A DNA stretch of 64,000 nucleotides from Candidatus Dormiibacterota bacterium (GTDB lineage Bacteria > Chloroflexota > Dormibacteria > Aeolococcales > Aeolococcaceae), in the NCBI GenBank assembly GCA_963718525.1, contig OY970355.1, forward strand, positions 640,001-704,000, read 5' to 3'. Under the pieces are notes generated by a model. That model saw nothing but the letters and a program-made list of their open reading frames with translations. It was not told where the DNA came from and did no database searches. Both the position numbers and the translations under genes were made by a program. Shown piece after piece: positions 20,721 to 29,962 of the stretch; positions within the stretch are counted from its first letter, which is position 1, and every line of letters starts with the position of its first letter.

Positions 20721-21866
20721 GTGGTTCATAGAGCCCGACTCCTGGTCGTCGACGACACACCGGAGAACGCGCATCTCCTCGAAGCCCTGCTGTCCCCGCA
20801 GGGATATTCGGTAGCTCTAGCCTTTTCCGGCGTCGACGGTCTGGAGAAAGTCCGCACCGACCAACCTGACGTCGTCTTACTCGACATTCTGATGCCGGAT
20901 GTCACCGGCTACGAGGTGTGTCGCCGTATCCGGGCCAATCCCTTGACGCGCCTGCTCCCAGTGGTGATGTTGACCTCGAGTGGTGACCAGGACAAGGTCA
21001 ACTCGATCGAGGCTGGCGCCGACGACTTCATCGCTCGACCGTTCGATCCGCGGGAGCTGCTCAGCCGGGTACGGTCGCTCTTGCGCATCAAAGAATATCA
21101 GGACGCTGTCCAAGCTCAAGCCGCGCAACTCGCCGAGTGGAACCAGACCCTTGAGCAACACTTTCAGAGCCAGCTCGAACAGCTCGAGGAACTCGATCGA
21201 CTGCGCCGCGTCTTCTCGCCGCCCATACAACCGATTCATCCCGTCCGACATATCCCAGGCGCGCGTCAGGGCTCGGGACTAGATGGAAGATTCCATCGCG
21301 AAGGCGAATACTGGACCGCCGAGTACGAAGGGAGGGTCCTGCGCCTACGAGACGGCAAAGGGATGCGTGTCCTTGCTCGACTGCTCGCTGACCCGGGGCG
21401 TCCGTTTGCCGCGCTGGATCTCGAGCGGCTCGGCCTGCCAGCGGAGACGTCTACAGCCCGTGCGCTTGCGTCGAGCAATGCCGGCGAACTCCTCGATAAC
21501 GATGCGCGTCGCGCCTACCGGGTGCGTGTCGCGGAGTTGGGCGAGCAAATCGAGGCAGCGGAGACAGAAGGCAGGTCAGATGAAGCGGGTCTCCTTCGCG
21601 AGGAGATGGATTTCATCATCCGTGAGCTCAGCCGGGCTTTCGGTCTGGGGGGAAAGTCGCGCCGCGCGGGATCGATCGCCGAGCGGGCGCGCTTGAATGT
21701 GATGCGCGCGGTGAGGTCGGCGATGGACCGCATTTCCATTGCCGACGCTGCGCTGGGAGCTCATTTGAAGGCGACGATTCACACGGGCACTGTGTGCGTA
21801 TACACGCCCGATCCTCGGGCACTTATCGCCTGGGACGTAAAGAGCGGCGCCGGTCAACGCGGCTAA
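20721..21866 (+). CDS. Response regulator: REC + coiled coil + uncharacterised C-terminal (putative DNA-binding) domain
   Basis: LLVVDD, LLDILMP, GADDFI; C-terminal FHREGEYW...AERARLNV...IHTGTVCVY paralogous to 39677-40252; start GTG 20721 or TTG 20688. Confidence 0.85.
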   Translation: MVHRARLLVVDDTPENAHLLEALLSPQGYSVALAFSGVDGLEKVRTDQPDVVLLDILMPDVTGYEVCRRIRANPLTRLLPVVMLTSSGDQDKVNSIEAGADDFIARPFDPRELLSRVRSLLRIKEYQDAVQAQAAQLAEWNQTLEQHFQSQLEQLEELDRLRRVFSPPIQPIHPVRHIPGARQGSGLDGRFHREGEYWTAEYEGRVLRLRDGKGMRVLARLLADPGRPFAALDLERLGLPAETSTARALASSNAGELLDNDARRAYRVRVAELGEQIEAAETEGRSDEAGLLREEMDFIIRELSRAFGLGGKSRRAGSIAERARLNVMRAVRSAMDRISIADAALGAHLKATIHTGTVCVYTPDPRALIAWDVKSGAGQRG

Positions 21867-22013
21867 ACATCGTTCCCTGCAACGAACGTCGTGTGTCGGC
21901 GACGCCGATCAGAAGCGGCGACGGTCACCTGGGGGCCAGTCTCCTCGCCTGATGCTGGGCGTACGCGAGGGTAGCAACACGCGTTTGAAGATGGTCACTC
22001 GCGCATAAAGGCG

Positions 22014-24092
22014 TCAGCGCCGCATTGCCGTGTGCTCTGCAGTGGGCGGTCCATGAGCGATCTTCTCCGGGCGGTTGCAGTACGAAAGCACCTCAGCCGG
22101 AAACGTCTTGACGTCGATAGGTTTGACGATTACACCCGCAAAGCCAGTGCGCGCGAATCGCTCCCGATCGATCGCCATCACCGATGCTGTCACCGCAACC
22201 ACCGTCGTGCCGGCCGTGGCCGGATCGGCTTTCAGGTGTTCGAGCGCAGTGACGCCGCTCATGCGTGGAAGCTCGATGTCCATGAGAATGATGTCGGGAG
22301 TCGCCCTCACCGCGATTTCGAGTCCACGTTCGGCGTCGACTGCTTCGAGTGTGCGGAAGCCGTAATACCGTAGGAGGTCGCGGGTGAGCGTGAGGTTCTT
22401 CTCGTTGTCCTCGACAATCAGAACCAGCTGACCGGTCGCGCGGGTGGTCACGAGAGCGCTGGCTCCGCTGTCAGAAGCTCGCTCCCAGATGGCTGGATCT
22501 ACCGTTTCGGTGCCCTGATTACCGGTGCTGGATCGACGGGAGCGCGGCAACGTGAACGTAAAAGTGCTGCCCTGCCCGAGTGCGCTCTCCACAGTGAGCC
22601 GTCCGCCGTGCAGCTCGACGAAACGCCGTGACAATGGGAGTCCCAAACCCGTGCCTTCATGCGTGCGGGATCTGCCAACCTGTTCGAAGTCCTCGAATAT
22701 CCGTGCCTGATCCGCGAGTTCGATGCCGACGCCATTGTCGCGTACGGTGATCACAATCGCATCGCCGTAGTGCTGTGCGACGACTTCGATGTGCCCGCCT
22801 CGGTCGGTGAAGTTCAGCGCGTTCGAGAGCAGGTTGAAGAGCACCTGCTTCAAGAGTCGCTCGTCTGCCTCGATGAGGCCAACACTCGGGTCCACCTCGA
22901 GCCGCAGCGTGATGCCCTGCCTCGTGGCTCTCTCGCGCAGGAGCGCCATCGAACTCTGCAGCATGTCGTCCAAAGCGAAGGTGCTGACCTGCAGCTGCAT
23001 CCGCCCCGCCTCGATCTTGGACAGATCGAGGACGTCGTTGATGAGCGTCAACAGATGCCAACCCGACGTCTGGATGGCGGTCACATATTGCATCTGCTTC
23101 TCGTTGAGATCGCCGGCCATCTGCTCGTGCAGAATGTCGGAGAAGCCGATCACTGCATTGAGCGGCGTACGTAGCTCGTGCGACATATTGGCGAGGAACT
23201 CAGACTTGTGCCGGCTGGCCTCTTCAAGCGCCTGATACAGGCGCCCCAGCTCGTCGTTCATTCGATTCAGGTTTGCCGCCAGCTCCCCAAGCTCGTCGCG
23301 GTTAGGCACGTCGACGTGCCCCGAGAAGTCGCCGGAGGCGATCGCCGCCAGCTTCGTGTTCACCTTCCGGATTGGCCCGAGGAGCACTCTTGAGAGAACA
23401 ACAGCGAGGAGCGCAGCCAGCACAGCACTCGCGACCGCAACGCCGATGAAGAGTTGCTGCGAGCCGACAAACGAGGCCTGGTTCTGCGCCGGGAGTTCTC
23501 TCGACAGCGCTTGAGTATCGCTCACCAATGTGTCGGTGTGGGCAGTCAAGACGGCGCTCTCACTTATCTCGGAGGCATTGTTCTCGTAGGTTCCATTCAA
23601 ATCGCCGAAGACCAGGTTCGAGATCCCAAGCGAGATCGCACCGTATTCGGAGTTGATGTCGCCCAGGAGGCGCAGTTCGCTGGACGGGGGCGTGAAACCG
23701 AGCTCGCCTAGCTGTGTTTTCGGCTCCATTAACTCAAGTGTTGATGCGATCTCCCCGTCATCCTCGGCGAGTTGAGGGAGCGAAGCGTTCTCACTCGATG
23801 CTGCACAGTTTGCGTTGAGGAAACATGCAGTGATGAGCTCGCTCCGGCCCTGCAACTCGATGCCGAGCTGCACGCTGTCGACCTCGAGCTGCTGGTATGC
23901 GGCCAGGCGTTGTGGCAGTTGACTGAGCGTGTTGGCACGGCTGTTCGACTGACTCATGACGCCCAGACCCAAGGCGCCGACGGTGATGAGCAAGATGACA
24001 ATGACCGCAAAGGCAAACAGAAGTTTGCGTTGCACGGAGGTGGAAATGCGCGCGACGGCGCGTACCAGCACGTTGTCAGCGAGCGCAGTCAC
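22014..24092 (-). CDS. Membrane sensor hybrid histidine kinase (2TM-HAMP-HisKA-HATPase-REC)
   Basis: NRDELGELA HAMP; ANMSHELRTPLN; NLLSNA, DNGVG, GTGLGL; C-terminal VLIVED/ILMDI receiver. Confidence 0.94.
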   Translation of the reverse strand: MTALADNVLVRAVARISTSVQRKLLFAFAVIVILLITVGALGLGVMSQSNSRANTLSQLPQRLAAYQQLEVDSVQLGIELQGRSELITACFLNANCAASSENASLPQLAEDDGEIASTLELMEPKTQLGELGFTPPSSELRLLGDINSEYGAISLGISNLVFGDLNGTYENNASEISESAVLTAHTDTLVSDTQALSRELPAQNQASFVGSQQLFIGVAVASAVLAALLAVVLSRVLLGPIRKVNTKLAAIASGDFSGHVDVPNRDELGELAANLNRMNDELGRLYQALEEASRHKSEFLANMSHELRTPLNAVIGFSDILHEQMAGDLNEKQMQYVTAIQTSGWHLLTLINDVLDLSKIEAGRMQLQVSTFALDDMLQSSMALLRERATRQGITLRLEVDPSVGLIEADERLLKQVLFNLLSNALNFTDRGGHIEVVAQHYGDAIVITVRDNGVGIELADQARIFEDFEQVGRSRTHEGTGLGLPLSRRFVELHGGRLTVESALGQGSTFTFTLPRSRRSSTGNQGTETVDPAIWERASDSGASALVTTRATGQLVLIVEDNEKNLTLTRDLLRYYGFRTLEAVDAERGLEIAVRATPDIILMDIELPRMSGVTALEHLKADPATAGTTVVAVTASVMAIDRERFARTGFAGVIVKPIDVKTFPAEVLSYCNRPEKIAHGPPTAEHTAMRR

Positions 24093-24158
24093 AACTTCAC
24101 CGCCGGCATCCTCCCTCGGAGCGCCTCCGCTGTGGAGTTGGCAACAGGTTGGTCGCGC

Positions 24159-25991
24159 TTAGGACCAACGCCAGTTCTCCGGGTAGATTTGCAAAATCGG
24201 ATCCTGGGGGAATGTGCCTTGTAGGTCCTTATTGACCATGGAGAGCTGCCCGTACGCGACCGGAAGCCAGATGACCGGCAGTCGCTTCGCGATGTAGTCC
24301 TCGTACGTGTACAAGGCCGACACGTTGCTACTGAATTCGGTGGCCAGGATGTCGCTCTCGGCCTGCTGGTCGCAGTAACCGCCGCTGTCAGCTCCGGCAA
24401 CCATTTGGTTGTTGGCGGGTCCGGTGCACGCCCAGAGTTCATCGCCGGTTGGGTAGTAATCAGGTGCGTAGAACCAGCCAGCGCCCCAGAACTCCATGTC
24501 CCAGGTGCATGAGGCTCCCCCGCACGGGACCGCGCTCGCAATGACGGTGTTGAACGGCGCAGTGCTCAGTTTGATCTGAATGCCAGCCAGCGCGAAGTCC
24601 GTCTTGAACTGGGCCATCTCCTGGTCGAGAGCTGGCGTCCCGCTGATGTACTGAAGGCTGAACGAGGCCTTGGCTCCCATGGGGACGCCGGCGCCGCACT
24701 GGCCGGTGCCGGTGCCCGGACTGGTGCACGTGCTGACTCCCCCGGCGTTGACCGTCCACCCGTTCGCCTGGAGCAGCGACACGGCCTTGCTCGGGCTGTA
24801 TGGGTACGGGTTGCTCCGCTCGAACGAATCGACGAAGGGCGAGGACGGCTTGGTCGGGACCGGGCCGTAGGTGGGATAGCCGTAGCCGAAGAATGCCTTA
24901 CTGATGAGGGTGTTCTGGTCGACCAGATCCTGCATAGCTTGCCGGAAATACAACTGGCTGAAGATTGGCCCGCTGGTTAGGTTGCTGAAGTTCTCCGGAA
25001 TGTAGGTGATCTGCCAAGCCGTCCACGGTTGGAAGCTGTAGATGCCATTCAGGGAGGCTCTTTGCAGGACGTCGCCGTCGGGAATGTATCCGTAGTCGAT
25101 CGTGGTGTCGGCAACCGAGGTTGCCGCCTTGAGCTGGTTGAACTCGGCGGTGTCCTCGGTGAACGGCACCTCGTTGAACTGGGTCAGAGTCGGCTTGACC
25201 GGTCCGCCGTAGCCGGGGTTCGGTACCATCGAGACGTTGCCGGCGGTGTCCATCGACTTCAGTCTCCACGGGCCCGAGACCACCTGCCAGAGCGGGTTCG
25301 TGTCGTAGGTCGCGATGGACTTCAACTCAAAATCGAGGAGCTTGTAGACCGCCACCGCGCCGGCGGTGGTTTCGTCGTAGTTACCGACCGCGCCCGTCGG
25401 CAACTCCTTGTCCCAGACGTGCTGGGGGAGCGGGGTGATCTGGCTCAGCTCGTTGTATGTGAAGAAGTACGAGCCGTAGGCCTGGGTGAGGTTGAAGGTG
25501 ATCTGCAGCGGGTTAGCCGGGTTGATCGTCGTGCTGCTCACGTTGTCTGGATAGTCGCCCGGCGAGTAGCCCGCCCAGTTGTTCTTGTTGGCAGTGACCA
25601 GGTTCTGCCAGAACTGGATGTCACGCGCGGTGATCTGGGTCCCGTCCGACCACTTCCATCCCTTGAGTGTGACGGTGACCGTCTTGCCTTCCGAGGAGTA
25701 GATGGGCGAATCGGCAAGGCTGAGGCTAGTGTTCAACTTGACCTGGCCGTTGGTGCCGAACCAGTAGAGCGGCCGGTACATCAGGTACTGGAACTGGCTC
25801 AAGGTCCCGGTATTGAAGTCCTGGTAGCGCACAAGGGGGAAGATGTAGTTCGGTTGCGCCCCCGGTGTCTCCGCGAAGGTAGCCGTGGTCTTCTTGACCA
25901 TCGGACCCGTGGGGGCACCGCTGCCGCATGCCGCGAGCAGAATCGCCCCCAAAGCGACCACCGTGGGCCATCCCCTGGCCGTCTTGGCCAT
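24159..25991 (-). CDS. Family 5 (Opp/Dpp) ABC substrate-binding lipoprotein, with no adjacent permease
   Basis: Lipobox LLAAC; MYRPLY, WSDG..ITARD, VSGPW, FRQAMQ motifs. Confidence 0.9.
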   Translation of the reverse strand: MAKTARGWPTVVALGAILLAACGSGAPTGPMVKKTTATFAETPGAQPNYIFPLVRYQDFNTGTLSQFQYLMYRPLYWFGTNGQVKLNTSLSLADSPIYSSEGKTVTVTLKGWKWSDGTQITARDIQFWQNLVTANKNNWAGYSPGDYPDNVSSTTINPANPLQITFNLTQAYGSYFFTYNELSQITPLPQHVWDKELPTGAVGNYDETTAGAVAVYKLLDFELKSIATYDTNPLWQVVSGPWRLKSMDTAGNVSMVPNPGYGGPVKPTLTQFNEVPFTEDTAEFNQLKAATSVADTTIDYGYIPDGDVLQRASLNGIYSFQPWTAWQITYIPENFSNLTSGPIFSQLYFRQAMQDLVDQNTLISKAFFGYGYPTYGPVPTKPSSPFVDSFERSNPYPYSPSKAVSLLQANGWTVNAGGVSTCTSPGTGTGQCGAGVPMGAKASFSLQYISGTPALDQEMAQFKTDFALAGIQIKLSTAPFNTVIASAVPCGGASCTWDMEFWGAGWFYAPDYYPTGDELWACTGPANNQMVAGADSGGYCDQQAESDILATEFSSNVSALYTYEDYIAKRLPVIWLPVAYGQLSMVNKDLQGTFPQDPILQIYPENWRWS

Positions 25992-26166
25992 CGTCACGGA
26001 AGGAATATACCGAGACCCCAGACCTCCTGCAGCGCTCAATCATCAGCCATCACCTCACCTGTCACACCAGTGATGCGTTAGCACTAGGTCCGATTCCCGC
26101 GCCGTGCCCCGTACGGGCCGCTCCTTGCCTTGTGACGACGGAGCACGGCGCGGACCGCGATGGTCG

Positions 26167-27141
26167 CTAGCCCTCGATGTTGACCACGAAGCCGTGGAAG
26201 TAAGCGGTGGGGCTTTCGATGTACAAACCCACCACGACGTCACCGTTTGGGCTGATGTTCTTGATAAACGTTCCGTCGCCGGCACCCGTACCCGCATGCG
26301 GGTCGTCAAGGGGCGTGAACTGCCAGTCGCGCAGGAGCCACCCACGCGTCACGCCGCTACTGTTGATGATGGTGCCGTCGATGCTTCCGCTGTTCGAGAT
26401 CGCGCTCGGCGTCGTGCCCTGTCCGGCGCCGCTGCCGGCTCCCGGAGCGTTGATGGTCGTGAAATTCCCTGACGTGTCAACGAAGCCGTAGCTGACGTTG
26501 TGATTGTCGATATACTCTCCGACGATTACTCCCGCGTCGTTCTCACCGGTTAGGATCGTGCCCTGGCCGCTGCCGACGCCGGCGTGAGGCGCATTCACCG
26601 TAGTGAAGACGCCACCGTTGTCCACGAAGCCGTGGTTGACGTTGTGGCTGTCGAGGTACTGGCCGACAACCACGCCCTCGTCGTTGATACCCTCAGGAAT
26701 CGTCCCGGCGCCGCCCGAGCCCACCTTCGGGTCGTTGATGACGCTGAAGGCGCCTCCGGGCCTTCGCACGAAGCCGTGCCAGATCCCGTTGGCGTCGATG
26801 TATGCGCCGGCGACGGTGTCCGCGTTGTTGATGCCGGACGGGAACGTAACCCCGGACGCCCCCGGGTAGTCGAACTTGACGACACATCCTCCGGACGTGA
26901 CGTAGCCATGATAGCCACCCCCGGCGTCCAGATACGTACCCGTCATGACCCCGGCGTCATTAACGCCGTTGACGTAGCTCCCGAACTTTCCGACGTTAAC
27001 GGTGAGGTATTGCAGCAACCTATGTGCTGCCTGAGCCGGCAACGACGACGAGGCCGTGAGGGCGACTGCAGCACTCGCTGCCGCTGCCGCTACAACAAAC
27101 GTCTTACGCTTGCCGTTGTTGACATCAGTCTGACCTGACAT
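26167..27141 (-). CDS. Secreted HAF/DUF3466-like repeat protein
   Basis: Signal peptide; about six repeats of G(I/V)N(D/N).G..(V/A)G.Y.D....HGFV; likely start ATG 27141. Confidence 0.82.
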   Translation of the reverse strand: MSGQTDVNNGKRKTFVVAAAAASAAVALTASSSLPAQAAHRLLQYLTVNVGKFGSYVNGVNDAGVMTGTYLDAGGGYHGYVTSGGCVVKFDYPGASGVTFPSGINNADTVAGAYIDANGIWHGFVRRPGGAFSVINDPKVGSGGAGTIPEGINDEGVVVGQYLDSHNVNHGFVDNGGVFTTVNAPHAGVGSGQGTILTGENDAGVIVGEYIDNHNVSYGFVDTSGNFTTINAPGAGSGAGQGTTPSAISNSGSIDGTIINSSGVTRGWLLRDWQFTPLDDPHAGTGAGDGTFIKNISPNGDVVVGLYIESPTAYFHGFVVNIEG

Positions 27142-27225
27142 GACCACACCTCGCTGCGGGCTGGTCGTTAGTGTGACGGCCGAGTTGCCCGCGTCCACTT
27201 GGTCAGGCGGTCACCCGAGGTGCAC

Positions 27226-27250
27226 GCATGTTCATACGCATTGAACATGC
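27226..27250. promoter_or_regulatory. Palindromic operator GCATGTTCA-tacgcat-TGAACATGC
   Basis: Perfect 9-bp inverted repeat upstream of the HAF-repeat gene; second copy at 37591. Confidence 0.72.
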
Positions 27251-27491
27251 CAATACCGGCCCTGCAGTCACCGGCCTGCAACGCTAGTTCGGGGCCTGTT
27301 GCGGACGTCCGAGCGCCCTAGACGCGAGGGGGTTCACCGCCATTGAGCCCTTAGAATTCGCGTGGCCGCCAGCAGCCCGGTTAGAGCAGCCCCGCACTTG
27401 TGCGCAGGCCGCCATGTGACGACAAGATCGGTCACGAGCCTGTGGCGGATCCAGGATTCTAGGCTTACGACTCCCTGGACGCGGGAAGAGC

Positions 27492-27504
27492 TAATGCCAA
27501 ATTA
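27492..27504 (+). repeat. Junction motif copy TAATGCCAAATTA (exact)
   Basis: Separates the RR/HK/SBP/HAF module from the sugar operon; ACCGACTAATC follows (TAAT at +98). Confidence 0.8.
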
Positions 27505-27651
27505 CACGTTCCGATGTGCGCCTCCTGAATTCGCGGTGAGACCTTCGACGTCAAGATCTGACCCAGCTTATCGGCTGCTCCGCACCGACTAATCGGGGTA
27601 GTGGGAGCTACCGCCGTCGCTAGACATAGCAACGAGACGATTTCGCCCGCG

Positions 27652-28509
27652 CTAGTCCCGATTCATCGCTTCCACGCTCGCAACCTCAGAGATGACCCCT
27701 TCCAACACATGGCGACTCTGCGCCGCCATCGCCCCTGGGTCTCGATCGGTCTCATCCAGCTCGACGGTCCACCACGGTAGATCGTTCACTGCGGCCAATT
27801 CCCGCACGACCCCGCGGATGTCAACAATGCCCTCGCCGAGGGGCAGGAATCGGCCGTCCGCGTAATCCTTGAAGTGCACATACTCGACGCGGTCACGATA
27901 GTCACGAACGATTACAGCAGCATCGCCGCCGCCCGCCACGAGGTGCGCCGTGTCGGGGCACAGGGAGATCTCGGTCAGGTCGAGAATGCGAGACAGCTGC
28001 TCGGGGCTTTCGCTAATCGTGCCCAGATGCGGATGGTACGCCGCGCGCAATCCGTGGGTCTCGGCGAGCCTGACGACCCGGTCGAGTGACTTCGCGAGCG
28101 CCTCGTAGTCAGCGTCGCGTGGGCCCTCGGCGCGAATGGCACCCCCGCCGACGACAAAGAACATTGCGCCAAATCGTTGCGCCGATTTCATCGCCACCTC
28201 GAGACGCGCGAATTCGTCGTGCGCTACATCAGCGTAGATGAAGCTCGCTCCGCTGTAGACGGCGACCAACACCAACCCCGTATCTCGCATGAGCGTGTCA
28301 AAGCGCGCCGGCTCATTTGCGTAGCGTTGCAAATTGCCGTCGAAGATTTCGAAGCCCGCGTAGCCAGCGCGGGCAATGTCGCGCAGCGCCTGCTCATCAG
28401 AGCCATGAGTCAGGTAGAAGAGGTCGCGCGGGGACGTGACCCCGCTGGGGTGCCCGACGACGCCACCCCAGGTGTTGGTTTGGTAAGCGAGGCGCGGGGT
28501 GCTGATCAG
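27652..28509 (-). CDS. IolE-like sugar phosphate isomerase/dehydratase (xylose-isomerase-like TIM barrel), probable CTG start
   Basis: AYQTNTWGG, GYAGFEIF, YHPHLGT, CPDTAH, YVHFKD, FLPLGEG, VELD; frame stays open 59 codons upstream of the track's TTG. Confidence 0.85.
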   Translation of the reverse strand: MISTPRLAYQTNTWGGVVGHPSGVTSPRDLFYLTHGSDEQALRDIARAGYAGFEIFDGNLQRYANEPARFDTLMRDTGLVLVAVYSGASFIYADVAHDEFARLEVAMKSAQRFGAMFFVVGGGAIRAEGPRDADYEALAKSLDRVVRLAETHGLRAAYHPHLGTISESPEQLSRILDLTEISLCPDTAHLVAGGGDAAVIVRDYRDRVEYVHFKDYADGRFLPLGEGIVDIRGVVRELAAVNDLPWWTVELDETDRDPGAMAAQSRHVLEGVISEVASVEAMNRD

Positions 28510-28513
28510 GTTG

Positions 28514-29962
28514 CTATTCCTCAGCCGTCGCCAGGAGTGCGGCCGACTCGCGCAGTGCCTGCGGACGCCGGTTGTCGATCCATTTCATCGCGACGAAACC
28601 GATGACCATCCAGGCGATGAAGATGTATGGGACGATGTTGAACGGGAAGGCAGGAATCGGCCAGAACGTAACCCATAGCACCGGGAGCAACAGAAGGGTG
28701 CCGAGGATTGGAATCACCCCATGGCGCCAAATGTTGAACTCGTCCCGCCTCATGCGGCGGAAGAAGACGACGAGCGCGATGTTGGCAATTCCATACATGA
28801 CGATGAGGCCGACCGTAATTACTGTGCCGAGGAAGCCGAAGACTAGTCCGCCACCGAGCCAGATGCCGACTATGGCCATGAGCCCGAGGCTCAGAATGGT
28901 TTGCACGTGTATGGCCGTTGAAGGTGTGCGGTGTACTGGATGAACTCGGGTCAACGGAGCCGGCAACGCGCCGCCGCGAGCCATGGTGTAGGCAACCCTC
29001 GAGCCGGCGTTGGTGGCGGCAATGCCAATCGCGAGAGCGCCGTTGAGCAGGGCGATGAAGATCAGAAACCACACCGGTCCCCAGAGCTTATGCGCCAGAA
29101 CGTAGTACGGATTCGCATTGGTCGCGAACGCAGCGAGGTTTGATGTTCCCCATCCGATCGCACTCGCATAGGACATGAAGATGAAGAACACCCCAACCAT
29201 GACAACCGAGAGCATGATGGCCTTGGAGAGAAACTCCTTTGGTCTGCGTGTCTCCTCGGCCAAAGGAGCGGCCGACTCGAACCCGCTGAGGGCGGTGATG
29301 GAGAAGGCGACGCCGTAGAGGATGCCCGAGATGCCCGTCGGGCTCGTCCCGGGATTCAGCGGCGCGGTGGCACTGGAGCCTGGGCCGGGATGGATAAGGA
29401 AGGTGATCCCGAGCGCGAACACGAGGAGGAGCTCAAGGGATCCCATGATGACTGCGGTACGCGTGCTGATGCGTATGCCCCGGTAGGTAAGCCCCCAAAC
29501 CAGGAGGATGAACGCCCCCCCAAAGACCCACCAGGGGATATTGATGCCGGTGTTGGTCTGCAGGATGTCCGCCATGAGGAACCCAAGGAAGCCAAGCACG
29601 GCGGGTGGCGTCAGCGGGTCATAAGCGAAGTAACTCCACGCGGTGAGGAATCCCCAGCGGGGTCCGAGCCCTTGGCCCACGAACGTGAAATAGCCACCGC
29701 TCGACGGGATGTAGCGAGAGAATTCGGCAACCGTGTTCGCGATGACAAGTCCGACCAAGACAGCCAGAGCGAGCGATATCGGCATGGCTGCGCCGGCGTT
29801 GAGGGCGATGAGCGGAAAGAGAAACACGACGCTGACTGACGGACCCATGTGGGTGATGGCCTGGAACAGCACATCCACCAGTCCGAGTGCTCCGCGATGC
29901 AGCTGTGTAGCTTCGGCGCGAACGGTCTGCACGCCCGTGACAGGTGCCACAGTCTCACTCAT
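28514..29962 (-). CDS. APC-family amino acid/amine permease
   Basis: About 12 TM helices; PSSGGYF and SGFESAAPLAEET motifs; ATGA overlap with the upstream gene. Confidence 0.92.
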   Translation of the reverse strand: MSETVAPVTGVQTVRAEATQLHRGALGLVDVLFQAITHMGPSVSVVFLFPLIALNAGAAMPISLALAVLVGLVIANTVAEFSRYIPSSGGYFTFVGQGLGPRWGFLTAWSYFAYDPLTPPAVLGFLGFLMADILQTNTGINIPWWVFGGAFILLVWGLTYRGIRISTRTAVIMGSLELLLVFALGITFLIHPGPGSSATAPLNPGTSPTGISGILYGVAFSITALSGFESAAPLAEETRRPKEFLSKAIMLSVVMVGVFFIFMSYASAIGWGTSNLAAFATNANPYYVLAHKLWGPVWFLIFIALLNGALAIGIAATNAGSRVAYTMARGGALPAPLTRVHPVHRTPSTAIHVQTILSLGLMAIVGIWLGGGLVFGFLGTVITVGLIVMYGIANIALVVFFRRMRRDEFNIWRHGVIPILGTLLLLPVLWVTFWPIPAFPFNIVPYIFIAWMVIGFVAMKWIDNRRPQALRESAALLATAEE

